From the UHGV virus genome UHGV-1358942: DNA of 27,572 nt; one strand, given 5' to 3'. How positions within the stretch are numbered: the first letter of the stretch is position 1; each line of letters starts with the position of its first letter. The notes below the pieces were generated by a model, which was not told the origin of the DNA, searched no databases, and saw only the letters and a list, made by a program, of their open reading frames with translations. The DNA is from a virus. Made by a program: the position numbers and the translations under genes. Shown here in pieces: positions 8,592 through 20,271 of this stretch.

Positions 8592-10790
8592 ATGGCAGAA
8601 AAAAAGATGACTGACTGGCATCGCAAGGTGCTGTGCAACTTTGATAATGCCTGGTCAGCAACGCAGGATATGCGTGAGCAAATTATTGAGGCTCAACGTT
8701 TCGTCCGGGTGTCCGGCGCACAGTGGGAAGGCAGCACAAACGCTGGTTACTCATTTGATGAAGGCAGGTTTGAGCATTACCCGCGCTTTGAACTGAATAA
8801 GATTGCCCGTGAATGTGATCGCATCATTGGCGAGTATCGACAGAATCGCATCAGCGTTAAATTCAGGCCGAAGGATGACAAGGCATCGGAAGCGTTAGCC
8901 GAAAAAATGAACGGCAAATTCCGCGCTGACTATCAGGAAACATCCGGTGGCGAAGCGTGTGATAACGCATTTGATGATGCCGTAACGGGCGGATTCGGTT
9001 GTTTCCGCATGTGTGCCGATTACGAAGATGAAATGGATCCGAGTAACGAGCAACGCCGTATAAGCCTTCTCCCTGTTTACGACCCAGCGACATGCGTCTT
9101 CTTTGATCAGGACAGCAAGCAATATGACCGCTCTGATGCTATGTGGGCTATGGAAATGTTCTCCATGACGCCCAAAGCGTTCGAGGCTGAATACCCTGAT
9201 TCCACCGCGGCAAGCCTTTCTCGTGATGACACTGGCACTCAATATGACTGGTCAACTCCTGATGCTATCTATGTTGGTCGCTACTATGAAGTCCGCATAG
9301 AGAAGGTGAAGCTCACGGCGTGGCGCAACCCTGTTAGCGGAGAAACGGCAATCTATGATGAAGAGCAAATCAAAGATATTGTCGACGAGCTAACCGATGG
9401 TGCATTCGAACTGATCGGTGAGCGAACGGTGAAGAAACGCCGCGTTTATTGCGGTCTTCTGTCTGGCGCTGAATGGCTGGAAGAACCGAAGCGCATTCCG
9501 GGCGAACATATTCCTCTCATCCCGGTATATGGGCGTCGTTCATTTGTTGATAATCAGGAGCGAATCGAAGGCCACGCAGCAAAAGCGATGGATGCACAGC
9601 GTCTTGAGAACCTGATGGTTTCCATGATTGCAGATAACGCTACTCAGGCTGGCGGTGATGGCATTCCTGTAGTTGATGTTGACATGATTCCTGGTCCTCT
9701 CGCCACTCATTGGGCGGAGCGCAACAAAAAGCGCCCGGCGTTCCTGCCGATGGTCAGTCTGAAAAACAAAAACGGAGATATTACTGCGCAGGCTCAGGTC
9801 AGCAGTTATACGCCTCCGACACAAATGCCTCCAGCTCTTGCCGGGCTATTGCAGTACACCGGAACGGCTATTCAGCAAATTACAGGTGCGTCGCAGCTTG
9901 AGAACATGCCGAGCAACGTCGCCACCGATACCGTTGATAGCATCTTTAACCGGATGGATACGCAGTCCTATATCTACATGGACAACATGGCTAAATCCAT
10001 GCGTCGCGCTGGCGTTGTGTGGCTTTCTATGGCGCGTGAGGTCTATGGCAGTGATACGCCGATGCGTATCGTTAATGAGGACGGCAGCGATGACGTGGCG
10101 CTGATGACTGGTGAAGTGGTTGACCGTCAGACAGGGCAGGTTATCGCGCTTAATGACCTTTCGCAGGGCAACTATGAAGTGACGGTCGATGTTGGTCAGT
10201 CGTTCGCTACTCGCCGTGATGCAACGGTTAAGTCGTTACTTTCCATGCTGGCACTTATCCCACCAGGAACGCCGAAGCACGACCTTGTATCGTCGATGAT
10301 TCTCGACAATATGGACGGCGAAGGGATGGACGACCTTAAAGAATACAACCGCAATCAGTTGCTTCTGTCTGGAGTTATCAAGCCGAGAACGCCAGAAGAA
10401 CAGCAGATGGTTGAGCAGGCGAAACAACAACAGGCCAGTCAGCCAGATCCGGCTATGGTTGCTGCGCAAGGTCAGCTTCTTGCTGGTCAGGCTGAATTGC
10501 AGAAAGCGCAGAACGAACAGGCAGCCATTCAGGTTAAAGCATTCCAGGCACAGACTGATGCTCAGGTTGCAGCGGCAAATGTTGTGAAAATCCTCGCATC
10601 TGCCGATAGCCAGCAGAAATCTGATATCCGCGAGGCTCTGAAACTGCTCGGACAGTTCCAGCAACAGCAAGGAGACAATGCCCGTGCTGATGCAGAGCTT
10701 GTCCTGAAAAGTCAGGCACAGGGCCATGCGCAGCGCATGGACATCAGCAGCATCCTGCAAAAATCAACTCAGCAACAACCACAGCAGTAA
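8592..10790 (+). CDS. Portal protein (P22 gp1-like, with Gln-rich C-terminal barrel extension)
   Basis: 732 aa. Blocks such as RRVY...GEHIPLIPVYG and the C-terminal TPEEQQ...DPAMVAAQGQLLAGQAEL resemble the P22 portal. Confidence 0.9.
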   Translation: MAEKKMTDWHRKVLCNFDNAWSATQDMREQIIEAQRFVRVSGAQWEGSTNAGYSFDEGRFEHYPRFELNKIARECDRIIGEYRQNRISVKFRPKDDKASEALAEKMNGKFRADYQETSGGEACDNAFDDAVTGGFGCFRMCADYEDEMDPSNEQRRISLLPVYDPATCVFFDQDSKQYDRSDAMWAMEMFSMTPKAFEAEYPDSTAASLSRDDTGTQYDWSTPDAIYVGRYYEVRIEKVKLTAWRNPVSGETAIYDEEQIKDIVDELTDGAFELIGERTVKKRRVYCGLLSGAEWLEEPKRIPGEHIPLIPVYGRRSFVDNQERIEGHAAKAMDAQRLENLMVSMIADNATQAGGDGIPVVDVDMIPGPLATHWAERNKKRPAFLPMVSLKNKNGDITAQAQVSSYTPPTQMPPALAGLLQYTGTAIQQITGASQLENMPSNVATDTVDSIFNRMDTQSYIYMDNMAKSMRRAGVVWLSMAREVYGSDTPMRIVNEDGSDDVALMTGEVVDRQTGQVIALNDLSQGNYEVTVDVGQSFATRRDATVKSLLSMLALIPPGTPKHDLVSSMILDNMDGEGMDDLKEYNRNQLLLSGVIKPRTPEEQQMVEQAKQQQASQPDPAMVAAQGQLLAGQAELQKAQNEQAAIQVKAFQAQTDAQVAAANVVKILASADSQQKSDIREALKLLGQFQQQQGDNARADAELVLKSQAQGHAQRMDISSILQKSTQQQPQQ

Positions 10791-10880
10791 TTAACCCATA
10801 ACGTGCAATGGCTGTCTTTATGAGGCCTGGCACCCTATTGCCTTCCGATGGGCTGAACATCGAGTAAACAGGGGTAACAA

Positions 10881-11774
10881 ATGGACCAGATGGCAGAAAA
10901 CACACCAGAAGTTGAAATCGAAACCGACGCGTCAGAGCATATTCCTGATGATGTCGAACTGGCTGAAGAAGTCGAAACAGAAGATGGCAGTGAGTCCTCC
11001 GGCAATGATGCAGAGGAAGCTACTGAAACTGATGACGACGAATCGGAACAGGAATTCTACTTTGGTGACGAAAAGCTGGATTCGCCAACCAGCGAAGATG
11101 GCGCAGAGCATGGACTGGTAAAACACCTGCGCAAGACGATTAAAGAGAAAGACCGTGAGCTGAAAGAGCTGATGCGTCAGTCTCAGAAACCCGTCGAGCA
11201 GCAGCCGGTAATTACTCAACCACCGCGAATGCCAAAACTGGATGATGAGGACATCGGTTTCGATGAAGAAATCTACCAGCAACGCATGGCTAAGTGGGCA
11301 GAGGATAACGGCAAGTACCAGCAACAGGAGATGGCTCGCAAGCAGAAGGAGCAGGAGCTTCAGGCTGCCTATCAAGAGCGATTATCCAAATATCAGCAAC
11401 GTGTTAAGGCTCTCAAAGTTCCTGGCTATCAGGAAGCTGAGCAGGCCGTACTCGAGGAAATCCCCATCGAGACACAAAACGCGATCTTGTTTGAGTCAGA
11501 GAAGCCGGAAATCGTTGTTCTGGCACTCGGTCGCAACGCTGAACTGCGCAAGCAACTGGCAGAAGCTACCAACCCCGTAGCAATTGGTCGTCTGCTGGAA
11601 CGTATCGAATCGAAGGCCAGAATCATGCCAAAAGCAAAAACCACGGCAGCCACAACCCCGACAGTTAAGGGGAGCAACGGCGCAGTAATCAACAACCTCG
11701 ACAAACTGAAAGCCAAGGCGCTGGAAACTGGTGACTGGACGCCGTATTTCGCCGCTAAAAAGGCAAAAAAATAA
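10881..11774 (+). CDS. Scaffolding protein (P22 gp8-like)
   Basis: 297 aa, highly acidic N-terminus and charged helical body, placed between portal and coat. Confidence 0.75.
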   Translation: MDQMAENTPEVEIETDASEHIPDDVELAEEVETEDGSESSGNDAEEATETDDDESEQEFYFGDEKLDSPTSEDGAEHGLVKHLRKTIKEKDRELKELMRQSQKPVEQQPVITQPPRMPKLDDEDIGFDEEIYQQRMAKWAEDNGKYQQQEMARKQKEQELQAAYQERLSKYQQRVKALKVPGYQEAEQAVLEEIPIETQNAILFESEKPEIVVLALGRNAELRKQLAEATNPVAIGRLLERIESKARIMPKAKTTAATTPTVKGSNGAVINNLDKLKAKALETGDWTPYFAAKKAKK

Positions 11775-11792
11775 CCTATCGGAGCATTAAGC

Positions 11793-13046
11793 ATGGCTAA
11801 CCAATTAGCAAAAGACCTTGAAATCATGTTCGAAAACTACGTTGAAGGCTTTGAGGCCGCCTGCGTAGTTTCCCGTAACGCTAAAAAATTCCGTCCCGGT
11901 GATACAGCAATGCAGCGAGCAGGTGATGTTCTGTATCGTCCGCAGCATTACCACATGAACATTGAGGAAGGCCTCGACCTCAGCAGCAAAACGCCAACAG
12001 CACTGGTTCAGCGCCTTGTTCCTTCTGTGTTCAAGGAGCCGAAAAACATTCTGTACACTCTGGATGCGCGTGAAATGCGTGACCCGGAACATAAAACTGA
12101 AGCTGGTCGCGCCGCAGGTATGCGCCTTGCTGCACAGATTGACTCTGACCTGATTTCCATGGTCACGCAGCGTGCTACTAACGTGATCACAATGTCTGAC
12201 TCAACCACTGGTTCACAGGGCCGTGATTTGTGGAACTGTGCGGCAGGTATTGATGCCACCATGACGGCGATTGGTGTACCACAGGGTATCAACCGCCGCT
12301 CTTTCTGGAATCCCTTCAACTACAAAGACCTTGCTGGCGAGCTTGGTCACCGTGCCTATGCTCAGGGCGCAACCCTGACAGCATACGAAAAAGCGCAGAT
12401 CCCTCCGGTTGCGTCCTTCGATAGCTACAAGACCGATATTTCTGGTCGTGTTCCGAAAGGTACAGCAACTTCCCTGACGCTGGCGGCTGAACCTGCGCAC
12501 AAGGTTGAAGCGAAAGATGCCAACGATATGCCAGTGGATAACCGACAGGGGACCATTACGGTATCTGCATCTGGTTTGCAGGTTGGCGATGCGTTCACCA
12601 TTGCTGGCGTGAATTCTGTACACCAGATCACCAAAGACACCACCGGGCAGCCGCAGGTATTCCGCGTTCTGGCAGTAAGCGGAACGACAGTAACTATCTC
12701 CCCGAAAATTCTGCCGCCTGACAACGCAGATGTTGCCAGCCGTCCATATGCAAACGTTGATGCTAACGCGGCAAATGGTGCAGCAATTACCATTCTCAAC
12801 AAAAATGCAGCACCGGCTAACCTGTTCTGGGCTGATGGTTCTGTTGAACTGATGTACGGAAAACTGGCTTTCCCGACTGGTCAGGGTCCACAGGTAATGA
12901 CAGCAACCACCGAGCAGGGCGCTACGCTGATCATGTCTTACGCCTTCGACCACATCAAAGGCGTAACCACTGCTCGTTTCACCACTCTGTACGGTTGCTC
13001 TGTACTTGTTCCTGAATATACGGGCATCGTTATTGCCGGGCAGTAA
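11793..13046 (+). CDS. Major coat protein (P22 gp5 / Sf6-type)
   Basis: 417 aa at the conserved position, with recognisable similarity blocks to P22 coat (e.g. NLFWADGSVEL versus NVFWADDAIRI). Confidence 0.8.
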   Translation: MANQLAKDLEIMFENYVEGFEAACVVSRNAKKFRPGDTAMQRAGDVLYRPQHYHMNIEEGLDLSSKTPTALVQRLVPSVFKEPKNILYTLDAREMRDPEHKTEAGRAAGMRLAAQIDSDLISMVTQRATNVITMSDSTTGSQGRDLWNCAAGIDATMTAIGVPQGINRRSFWNPFNYKDLAGELGHRAYAQGATLTAYEKAQIPPVASFDSYKTDISGRVPKGTATSLTLAAEPAHKVEAKDANDMPVDNRQGTITVSASGLQVGDAFTIAGVNSVHQITKDTTGQPQVFRVLAVSGTTVTISPKILPPDNADVASRPYANVDANAANGAAITILNKNAAPANLFWADGSVELMYGKLAFPTGQGPQVMTATTEQGATLIMSYAFDHIKGVTTARFTTLYGCSVLVPEYTGIVIAGQ

Positions 13047-13053
13047 TTTTGGT

Positions 13054-13075
13054 GGGGCTTCGGCCCCATTTTTAT
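13054..13075 (+). terminator. Tetraloop hairpin terminator or attenuator after the coat gene
   Basis: GGGGC-TTCG-GCCCC followed by ATTTTTATT, 7 nt after the coat stop. Confidence 0.6.
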
Positions 13076-13087
13076 TGGGAGAAGACA

Positions 13088-13276
13088 ATGGCACGAACAA
13101 TGCTCTATAAGCCTGGCAACATGATCACCTGTGGTCAGTTTGCTGTCGATTACATCATTGTTGATGACGAAGAAGTTAAATCTCACCTGAAAAAAGGTTG
13201 GGTAAAAACTCCTGAAGAAACCGCAACGAAGCAAAAAGTGGCTAAGGCGGAAGAAGATGGCGAAAACGAAGGGTGA
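13088..13276 (+). CDS. Small hypothetical protein (62 aa) between coat and gp4
   Basis: GGAG at 13078-13081 upstream of ATG 13088. The ORF-track start at 13049 would read through the terminator hairpin. Acidic C-terminus. Confidence 0.4.
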   Translation: MARTMLYKPGNMITCGQFAVDYIIVDDEEVKSHLKKGWVKTPEETATKQKVAKAEEDGENEG

Positions 13277-13718
13277 TCTCGTTCTAAAGGCTTTACGAAA
13301 AGCCGGGCTGTATTCCAATGCCACGTTGACAGATGCTGACCCTCAGGCAATTGAAGATGCCATTAATGACCTCGAAGACATGATGGCAGCATGGCAGGCT
13401 AAAGGTATCGAGCTTGGGTATCAGTTTGCTGATACAGAAAACGGCATCATGCCGTTACCGGACGATGATTCAGGTATCCCTGCATGGGCAAATGATGGCG
13501 TCGCTTTGAAACTCGCTGTGCAAGTGTGCATGGATAACGTCATTCAGCCGTCAGACGCTCTCCTTACCGCTGCTGACAGTGCATATCAGACAATCTGTAT
13601 CGCTTTAACCAAAATACCACCACTTGAGCGGCGAAATGACATGCCTCGCGGTAGTGGTAACAAAAGCGCGTTTGCGTGGAATCGGTTTTACATCGAGAAA
13701 GATGATCCGAGTACGTGA
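13257..13718 (+). CDS. Head completion / tail adaptor protein (P22 gp4-like)
   Basis: 153 aa; N-terminus KTKGDLVLKALRKAGLYSNATLTDADPQAIEDAINDLEDMMAAW closely parallels P22 gp4. Confidence 0.75.
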   Translation: MAKTKGDLVLKALRKAGLYSNATLTDADPQAIEDAINDLEDMMAAWQAKGIELGYQFADTENGIMPLPDDDSGIPAWANDGVALKLAVQVCMDNVIQPSDALLTAADSAYQTICIALTKIPPLERRNDMPRGSGNKSAFAWNRFYIEKDDPST

Positions 13719-13727
13719 GGTGAATAA

Positions 13728-15146
13728 ATGCCGATTCAGCAACTTCCGCTTATGAAAGGCGTCGGCAAAGACTTTCGAAACGCCGACTATATCGACTATC
13801 TGCCAGTGAATATGCTGGCTACACCCAAAGAAATACTCAACAGCAGCGGATATCTTCGCTCATTCCCGGGCATTGCCAAACGTTCTGATGTGAACGGCGT
13901 ATCGCGAGGCGTCGAGTACAACATGGCGCAGAATGCTGTTTATCGTGTGTGTGGCGGCAAGCTGTATAAGGGCGAAAGTGAAGTCGGTGACGTCGCCGGA
14001 AGTGGTCGCGTATCAATGGCGCATGGTCGAACATCTCAGGCGGTAGGCGTTAATGGTCAACTGGTCGAGTATCGCTATGATGGCACGGTTAAAACAGTCT
14101 CAAACTGGCCTACAGACAGCGGATTCACGCAGTATGAGTTAGGTTCGGTTCGTGACATTACGCGCTTGCGTGGGCGTTATGCGTGGTCAAAAGACGGCAC
14201 TGATTCATGGTTTATCACTGACCTTGAAGACGAATCGCATCCTGACCGTTACAGCGCACAATATCGCGCAGAATCGCAGCCGGACGGCATCATCGGTATC
14301 GGCACATGGCGAGACTTCATCGTCTGCTTTGGTTCATCAACGATTGAATATTTCTCCCTGACGGGTGCAACCACCGTTGGTGCTGCTTTGTATGTCGCAC
14401 AGACATCTCTTATGGTGCAGAAAGGCATTGCCGGGACTTACTGCAAAACGCCATTCGCTGATTCTTATGCGTTCATCAGCAATCCGGCAACAGGTGCGCC
14501 GTCTGTGTACATCATCGGTTCCGGTCAGGTATCACCAATCGCCAGCGCGAGCATTGAGAAAATACTACGCTCCTACACTGCTGATGAACTGGCTGATGGC
14601 GTGATGGAGTCTCTGCGATTTGATGCGCATGAGTTGCTGATTATCCACCTTCCGCGCCATGTTCTTGTTTACGACGCATCTTCAAGCTCCAATGGTCCGC
14701 AATGGTGTGTACTGAAAACAGGCCTGTATGACGATGTGTACCGCGCTATCGACTTCATTTACGAAGGCAATCAGATAACGTGCGGCGATAAGCTGGAATC
14801 CGTGACCGGGAAACTGCAATTCGATATCAGCAGCCAGTACGACAAGCAGCAGGAACACCTGCTGTTTACTCCACTCTTCAAAGCAGATAACGCCAGATGC
14901 TTTGATCTGGAGGTGGAATCATCGACGGGTGTTGCTCAGTACGCTGACCGCCTTTTTCTCTCTGCAACCACTGACGGCATAAATTACGGTCGTGAGCAGA
15001 TGATTGAGCAGAATGAACCGTTCGTTTACGACAAACGCGTTTTGTGGAAGAAAGTAGGGCGCATCAGGAAAAACATTGGTTTCAAATTGCGCGTTATCAC
15101 GAAGTCACCTGTCACTCTGTCTGGCGCTCAGATAAGGATTGAGTAA
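13728..15146 (+). CDS. Head completion protein (P22 gp10-like)
   Basis: 472 aa, same length and position as P22 gp10. Confidence 0.7.
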   Translation: MPIQQLPLMKGVGKDFRNADYIDYLPVNMLATPKEILNSSGYLRSFPGIAKRSDVNGVSRGVEYNMAQNAVYRVCGGKLYKGESEVGDVAGSGRVSMAHGRTSQAVGVNGQLVEYRYDGTVKTVSNWPTDSGFTQYELGSVRDITRLRGRYAWSKDGTDSWFITDLEDESHPDRYSAQYRAESQPDGIIGIGTWRDFIVCFGSSTIEYFSLTGATTVGAALYVAQTSLMVQKGIAGTYCKTPFADSYAFISNPATGAPSVYIIGSGQVSPIASASIEKILRSYTADELADGVMESLRFDAHELLIIHLPRHVLVYDASSSSNGPQWCVLKTGLYDDVYRAIDFIYEGNQITCGDKLESVTGKLQFDISSQYDKQQEHLLFTPLFKADNARCFDLEVESSTGVAQYADRLFLSATTDGINYGREQMIEQNEPFVYDKRVLWKKVGRIRKNIGFKLRVITKSPVTLSGAQIRIE

Positions 15147-15847
15147 TGGCGGATTCGAATCTCAATACACCTGTTATTGTTCAGGCTACACGGCTCGACA
15201 CATCAGTCCTTCCACGCAATATCTTCTCGCAGTCGTATCTGCTTTACGTTATCGCACAGGGTACTGATGTTGGTAACGTGGCGAACAAGGCCAACGAAGC
15301 AGGGCAGGGCGCTTATGACGCACAAGTCAGGAACGATGAGCAGGATGTGATTCTGGTCGATCACGAAGAAAGAATTCGTCAGCTCCGCATTGAAGTAGAT
15401 GACCATGAAATCCGTATTGCTGCGAATACTGCGGCAATTGCAGCGCTGGATGTCAGACTAACCACGGCTGAAGGAGAAATAGTCACCTTACAGGCTGACG
15501 TCAGCGCTCTTGATGGCCGGGTTACGACTGCTGAGAGCAACATTTCTGCATTACAGGACGACTATGTATCGAAAACAGCCACTGCAACACAATCGCTGGC
15601 ATCTCCCCTCAATGTAACAACATCCTATTCGGTCGGCGGCACCAAGGTTATTGGTGCTCGTCAGACAGGGTGGACAGCGGCTACAGGTACGGCTCTTCGC
15701 GGCTCATTCAACGCTAACCAGACATACACGGTAAGTGCCACATACACACGGTCTGAGGTGTCGGCTATGGCTACAGGATTGCAGCAGGCGCGGCAGCGTA
15801 TCAAAGCTCTGGAAGATGCATTACGGACTCATGGGTTGATTGACTGA
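15146..15847 (+). CDS. Tail needle protein (P22 gp26-like trimeric coiled coil)
   Basis: 233 aa with heptad-repeat region ([55 protein letters not shown]), matching gp26 in length and position. Confidence 0.85.
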   Translation: MADSNLNTPVIVQATRLDTSVLPRNIFSQSYLLYVIAQGTDVGNVANKANEAGQGAYDAQVRNDEQDVILVDHEERIRQLRIEVDDHEIRIAANTAAIAALDVRLTTAEGEIVTLQADVSALDGRVTTAESNISALQDDYVSKTATATQSLASPLNVTTSYSVGGTKVIGARQTGWTAATGTALRGSFNANQTYTVSATYTRSEVSAMATGLQQARQRIKALEDALRTHGLID

Positions 15848-16302
15848 TGATTACATTCAAACCAACGCGAAACATCGACCTGATAGAAGCAGTAGGAAAT
15901 CACCCTGACATTATCGCCGGGAGCAACAACGGTGATGGATACGACTACAAACCTGATTGCCGTTACTTTGAGGTGAACGTGCACGGGCAGTTCGGCGGCA
16001 TTGTTTACTATCAGGAGATTCAGCCGCTGACATTCGATTGCCACGCCATGTACCTGCCAGAGGTTCGTGGATTCAGCAAGGAAATCGGGCTGGCGTTCTG
16101 GCGATACATTCTTACTAACACCACCGTTCAGTGCGTCACATCGTTCGCTGCACGCAAATTCCGCCACGGTCAGATGTACTGCGCAATGATTGGCCTTAAG
16201 CGTGTAGGAACCATCAAGAAATACTTCAAAGGCGTGGATGACGTGACGTTTTACAGCGCCACACGCGAAGAACTAATCGACTTCCTGAATCACGGGAGAT
16301 AG
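15847..16302 (+). CDS. P22 gp14-like virion assembly/ejection-associated protein
   Basis: 151 aa; assigned by position between the needle and gp7-like genes. Confidence 0.55.
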   Translation: MITFKPTRNIDLIEAVGNHPDIIAGSNNGDGYDYKPDCRYFEVNVHGQFGGIVYYQEIQPLTFDCHAMYLPEVRGFSKEIGLAFWRYILTNTTVQCVTSFAARKFRHGQMYCAMIGLKRVGTIKKYFKGVDDVTFYSATREELIDFLNHGR

Positions 16303-16304
16303 CC

Positions 16305-16997
16305 ATGTTATATGCATTTAAGCTGGGCAGAAAACTGCGCGGCGAGGAACCTTATTGCCCTGAAAAAGGCGGGAAAGGTGGCAGTTCTGATAAAAGCGCA
16401 AAGTATGCCGCAGAAGCTCAGAAGTATGCCGCAGACCTGCAAAATCAGCAGTGGCAGACGATCATGAAAAACCTTGCTCAGTTCACGCCGCTTGCGGAGC
16501 AGTATGTTAACCGGCTTCAGAACCTTTCCAGTTTAGAAGGTCAGGGGCAGGCACTTAATCAGTATTACAACTCTCAGCAGTATAAAGACCTTGCAGGTCA
16601 GGCTCGTTACCAGAGTCTTGCTGCTGCGGAGGCGACGGGTGGACTTGGTTCGACAGCCACAAGCAATCAACTGGCTACGATCGCGCCGACACTCGGTCAG
16701 TCTTGGTTATCAAACCAGATGAGCAATTACAACAATCTGGCAAACGTTGGGCTTGGTGCTCTGCAAGGTCAGGCAAACGCTGGGCAGACGTACGCCAACA
16801 ACATGAGCAGCATTGCACAGCAAAGCGCAGCTCTTGCCGCTGCTAATGCCAACAAACCATCAAGTCTTCAGACAGCAATTAGCGGTGGCACGTCTGGTGC
16901 GATTGCCGGTGCAGGTCTTGCCGGCCTTTTGGGAACATCAACGCCTTGGGGCGCTGGCATTGGTGCTGGTATCGGATTGCTTGGCTCGTTGTTTTAA
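16305..16997 (+). CDS. Ejection (internal virion) protein, P22 gp7-like
   Basis: 230 aa with Gly/Ala-rich hydrophobic C-terminus (AGAGLAGLLGTSTPWGAGIGAGIGLLGSLF); positional equivalent of gp7. Confidence 0.7.
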   Translation: MLYAFKLGRKLRGEEPYCPEKGGKGGSSDKSAKYAAEAQKYAADLQNQQWQTIMKNLAQFTPLAEQYVNRLQNLSSLEGQGQALNQYYNSQQYKDLAGQARYQSLAAAEATGGLGSTATSNQLATIAPTLGQSWLSNQMSNYNNLANVGLGALQGQANAGQTYANNMSSIAQQSAALAAANANKPSSLQTAISGGTSGAIAGAGLAGLLGTSTPWGAGIGAGIGLLGSLF

Positions 16998-17006
16998 GGG
17001 GTAATC

Positions 17007-18413
17007 ATGGCTACTTGGCAAGGAACAAACGGCGGATTGTTGGCTGGTATCGGCGGCGTCAACTCAAACGCTCCGAGCGTAAATGACATCGGCAATACGC
17101 TTCAGCTTATCAGGCAGAACAATGATATTGAGCGTTCAGGCGCTAACAATGTTGGGCTGACTGCTTTGCAAGGCCTTTCAGGTATTGCGGGGGTGTTTCA
17201 GCAGGAAAAGCAGGCTCAGCGGCAGAAAGAATTTCAGCAGGCATACGCTAATGCTTATGCGTCTGGTGATCGCGGTGCTTTGCGTCAGTTGGCTACTCAA
17301 TATCCAGACCAGATTGAATCCGTTCGTAAAGGCATGGGATTCATTGATGAAGACCAGCGTAATTCTATCGGCACCTTAGCGGCTGGCGCACGCCTTGCGT
17401 CATCGTCTCCAGAAGCAATGCAATCATGGCTGCAAAACAACGCCAAGGAACTGGCTCGCGTCGGTGTTGACCCTAACAGCGTTGCTCAGATGTATCAGCA
17501 GAATCCTTCAGGATTTGGTGAGTTTGTTGATCACCTTGGGATGGCTGCTCTCGGTCCGATTGACTACTTTAATGTTCAGGACAAGATGGCTGGTCGTGAG
17601 ATTGACCGAGGCAGGCTGGCAGAGACAATCCGCAGCAATCAGGCTGGTGAAGCACTTCAGGCGAGAGGGCAAAACCTTTCCTATCAGTCAGCAATGACTG
17701 GGCACAATATCGCAGCACAACGCTTGGCTCTGGATCAGCAAGAGTTCGGGTTTAAGATGCAGCAAGCGCAGGAAAAGGCTCAGCAGTTGATTAGCGAAGC
17801 ACCTAAGCTGTCAGTAAACATGGAAAAAGGCATCGAGACGGCTGTAAACAATGCCACAGCATCATCAAACTCAGCCAATTCTATGAGTGCGCTTGCTCAA
17901 CAGTTCAGAGCAGAAAAACCAACGACAGGTTTGTTCGGTAACGCACAGAACATGTTCGCAAAACTTACCGGAAGCGATACGACATTGCGTGATTTGCGCA
18001 TTCGCCAAAATGCCCTTGTTAACAGTCAGGTTCTTAAATTCCTACCTCCCGGCCCAGCAACGGATAAAGACGTTGAGATCGTTCGACAGGGTGCGCCAAC
18101 TGACATGGATAACCCTGAGACGGTCGCAAGATGGCTTGATGCAATGGCAAACCTTGAGCGACGAAACGCGCAGTTTAATGAGTTTAAAGCTGAGTGGATG
18201 AGCGCGAATGGCAACCCTGGACAATCGCGTAATGGCGGTCAGATATTGGGGTTGGATGTTAAAAAAGGTGAATCATTGGGAAGTGCCGTTAAGCGGTATA
18301 TGTCAATGAATACTGGCGCAGCGCCAGCGCAAGATTCGACACTTTCAGGAGAACCACGGAATCAGGTTGGATCATATACCTCAAAATCAGGCATTCAATT
18401 TACGGTGGAATGA
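17007..18413 (+). CDS. Ejection (internal virion) protein, P22 gp20-like
   Basis: 468 aa (gp20 is about 471); position and size. Confidence 0.7.
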   Translation: MATWQGTNGGLLAGIGGVNSNAPSVNDIGNTLQLIRQNNDIERSGANNVGLTALQGLSGIAGVFQQEKQAQRQKEFQQAYANAYASGDRGALRQLATQYPDQIESVRKGMGFIDEDQRNSIGTLAAGARLASSSPEAMQSWLQNNAKELARVGVDPNSVAQMYQQNPSGFGEFVDHLGMAALGPIDYFNVQDKMAGREIDRGRLAETIRSNQAGEALQARGQNLSYQSAMTGHNIAAQRLALDQQEFGFKMQQAQEKAQQLISEAPKLSVNMEKGIETAVNNATASSNSANSMSALAQQFRAEKPTTGLFGNAQNMFAKLTGSDTTLRDLRIRQNALVNSQVLKFLPPGPATDKDVEIVRQGAPTDMDNPETVARWLDAMANLERRNAQFNEFKAEWMSANGNPGQSRNGGQILGLDVKKGESLGSAVKRYMSMNTGAAPAQDSTLSGEPRNQVGSYTSKSGIQFTVE

Positions 18414-20257
18414 TGAAAGTAACTGCAAACGGTAAGACATTTACCTTTCCTGATGGTACGAGCACCGAAGATATTGGCACCGCCATTGATGAGTATTTTG
18501 CTGGTCAGGCTGTTCAGCAACAAACAGTTAATCAGGCCAATAATGCACCAACACGGGAAGAACCATCATTGATGCAACAAGCTGGCGATTGGCTCACTGG
18601 TGGTCAAAGTGCAGGGCAAATTGCAGAACAGGCTGGTCGTGGTCTGGTAAACATACCATTTGACGTATTGCAGGGCGGCGCAAGTCTGATTAATGCAATC
18701 AGTCAGGGGCTTGGTGGACCCAAGGTTTTGGATGATGTTTATCGTCCAGTAGACAGACCGACAGACCCCTACGCACAAGCCGGTGAAACAATTGGTGGGT
18801 ATTTAGTTCCAGGAGTTGGAACGGCAGGAAGCATGGCTATTGGATCACTGGCAGAGGCCGCAAATCAGAAAGGCGATTTCGCACAAAATGCAGCTAAAAA
18901 TGCCGGAGTTAACCTTGCCGCTCAGGGTGTTCTTTCCGCAGCAGCAAAGGGAATAGGGCGTGGAATAACGGCTATAAAAGGTGATATTGCGCCAGAAGTG
19001 GCGAAGAAAATTGCCACATCAGAATCGATGGGCGTGACACCAATGACATCTGATGTTATCCCGCCGAAAAATGCTTTCACTCGCGGCCTTACTCAGGATG
19101 CCGAGGGGGCTTTGCTCGGGACAGGCTCAAAGCGAGCGGAGCAATATGCAACGCGTAGTAAGCTGGTAAGTAATTATTTTGACCGTTTTGGTGAGTACAA
19201 CCCTGATGACGTGGTGAAATCTCTGACCACCACGTTAAGGGGGCGGAAGGATGCCGCTGGCGCTGTTATCAATGACGTCACCAATAAAATGGGTAATGCC
19301 GCAGTTGATACCACAAATACCATGAATGCTCTGAATACAGCGATCGCAAGACAGGAACGGCTTGGGACGTCTGCCAATCAAAGCCTGCTTACATCCTTAC
19401 GTAACCTACGTGAAGAATTAGCAAACCCTGCAACTGATTTGGAGGTTACGTTTGATCTCTTGCGTCAGCACAGAACAGCATTTAGATCTAATGTTCAGGG
19501 AGATGCTATGGTCTTCCCCAACCAGGCAAAAGCAGCTACCAATATGGTAGAGAATGCAATGTCAAAAGACCTTCGTAACGCAGTTGCTAAAAACCTCGGT
19601 GCATCAGACGCAGCAAAATACCTTAAAGCAAATTCCGATTATGCAAACGTTTATAATAAGGTGCTTAATAAAAACATTGCTAACAAACTCAACAAGGCAA
19701 GCAGTGAAGCCAGTCCTGAACTTATAAATACCGTTGTATTAAGCAGAAAACCATCTGACGTGAAACGAATCTGGAGCGCACTGGATGATAAAGGGAAAGA
19801 TGCTATGCGTGCAGCTTACGTCAGCAAAATAGCGGAAAAGGCCGGTGACTCTCCAGCCAAGTTCATCACTGAAGTTAATAAGCTGAAATCTCAGTCAGGC
19901 GGTGAAATTTACAACACTATTTTTTCTGGAAAGCACATGAAAGAGCTTGATTCTCTTCATGAAGTTCTACAGCAAACAGCAAGGTCAGACACCGCAAATG
20001 TAGTAACTCAGACTGGGCAATCGCAAGCCAACAGGATAAGGACGATTGGCGCAACTGCGACTCTTGGCGTATCAATGGGGCTTGAGGCTGGTTTCGGTGC
20101 AGTGATGCGCTTGTATGAGTCCAAAGCAGCAAGGAATGCTCTCTTACGTTTGGCAAACACCAAAGCAGGAACACCAGCCTATGAAAGAGCGCTAAATAAT
20201 GCTGCAAATGCGATACGCCCTATACTTTCAAGACAAATTACAGCAGAACAGCAATAA
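18410..20257 (+). CDS. Ejection (internal virion) protein, P22 gp16-like
   Basis: 615 aa (gp16 is about 609); position and size; ATGA overlap with the upstream gene. Confidence 0.7.
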   Translation: MMKVTANGKTFTFPDGTSTEDIGTAIDEYFAGQAVQQQTVNQANNAPTREEPSLMQQAGDWLTGGQSAGQIAEQAGRGLVNIPFDVLQGGASLINAISQGLGGPKVLDDVYRPVDRPTDPYAQAGETIGGYLVPGVGTAGSMAIGSLAEAANQKGDFAQNAAKNAGVNLAAQGVLSAAAKGIGRGITAIKGDIAPEVAKKIATSESMGVTPMTSDVIPPKNAFTRGLTQDAEGALLGTGSKRAEQYATRSKLVSNYFDRFGEYNPDDVVKSLTTTLRGRKDAAGAVINDVTNKMGNAAVDTTNTMNALNTAIARQERLGTSANQSLLTSLRNLREELANPATDLEVTFDLLRQHRTAFRSNVQGDAMVFPNQAKAATNMVENAMSKDLRNAVAKNLGASDAAKYLKANSDYANVYNKVLNKNIANKLNKASSEASPELINTVVLSRKPSDVKRIWSALDDKGKDAMRAAYVSKIAEKAGDSPAKFITEVNKLKSQSGGEIYNTIFSGKHMKELDSLHEVLQQTARSDTANVVTQTGQSQANRIRTIGATATLGVSMGLEAGFGAVMRLYESKAARNALLRLANTKAGTPAYERALNNAANAIRPILSRQITAEQQ

Positions 20258-20271
20258 AAGATAAGATGTAA

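Noticed and set aside
10236-10760. 174 aa ORF on the minus strand
   Set aside because: Antisense to the Gln-rich C-terminal region of the portal gene; its low-complexity composition mirrors the repetitive sense strand.
11242-11580. 112 aa ORF in an alternative + frame inside the scaffold gene
   Set aside because: Ser/Arg-rich low-complexity translation with no RBS; the scaffold frame is the coherent one.
12213-13100. 295 aa ORF on the minus strand
   Set aside because: Entirely antisense to the coat gene, which has a strong homology-supported reading frame. No start context or recognisable protein features; typical spurious antisense ORF.
17395-17697. 100 aa ORF in an alternative + frame inside the gp20-like gene
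   Set aside because: Out-of-frame overlap with a long positional homolog; no start signals.
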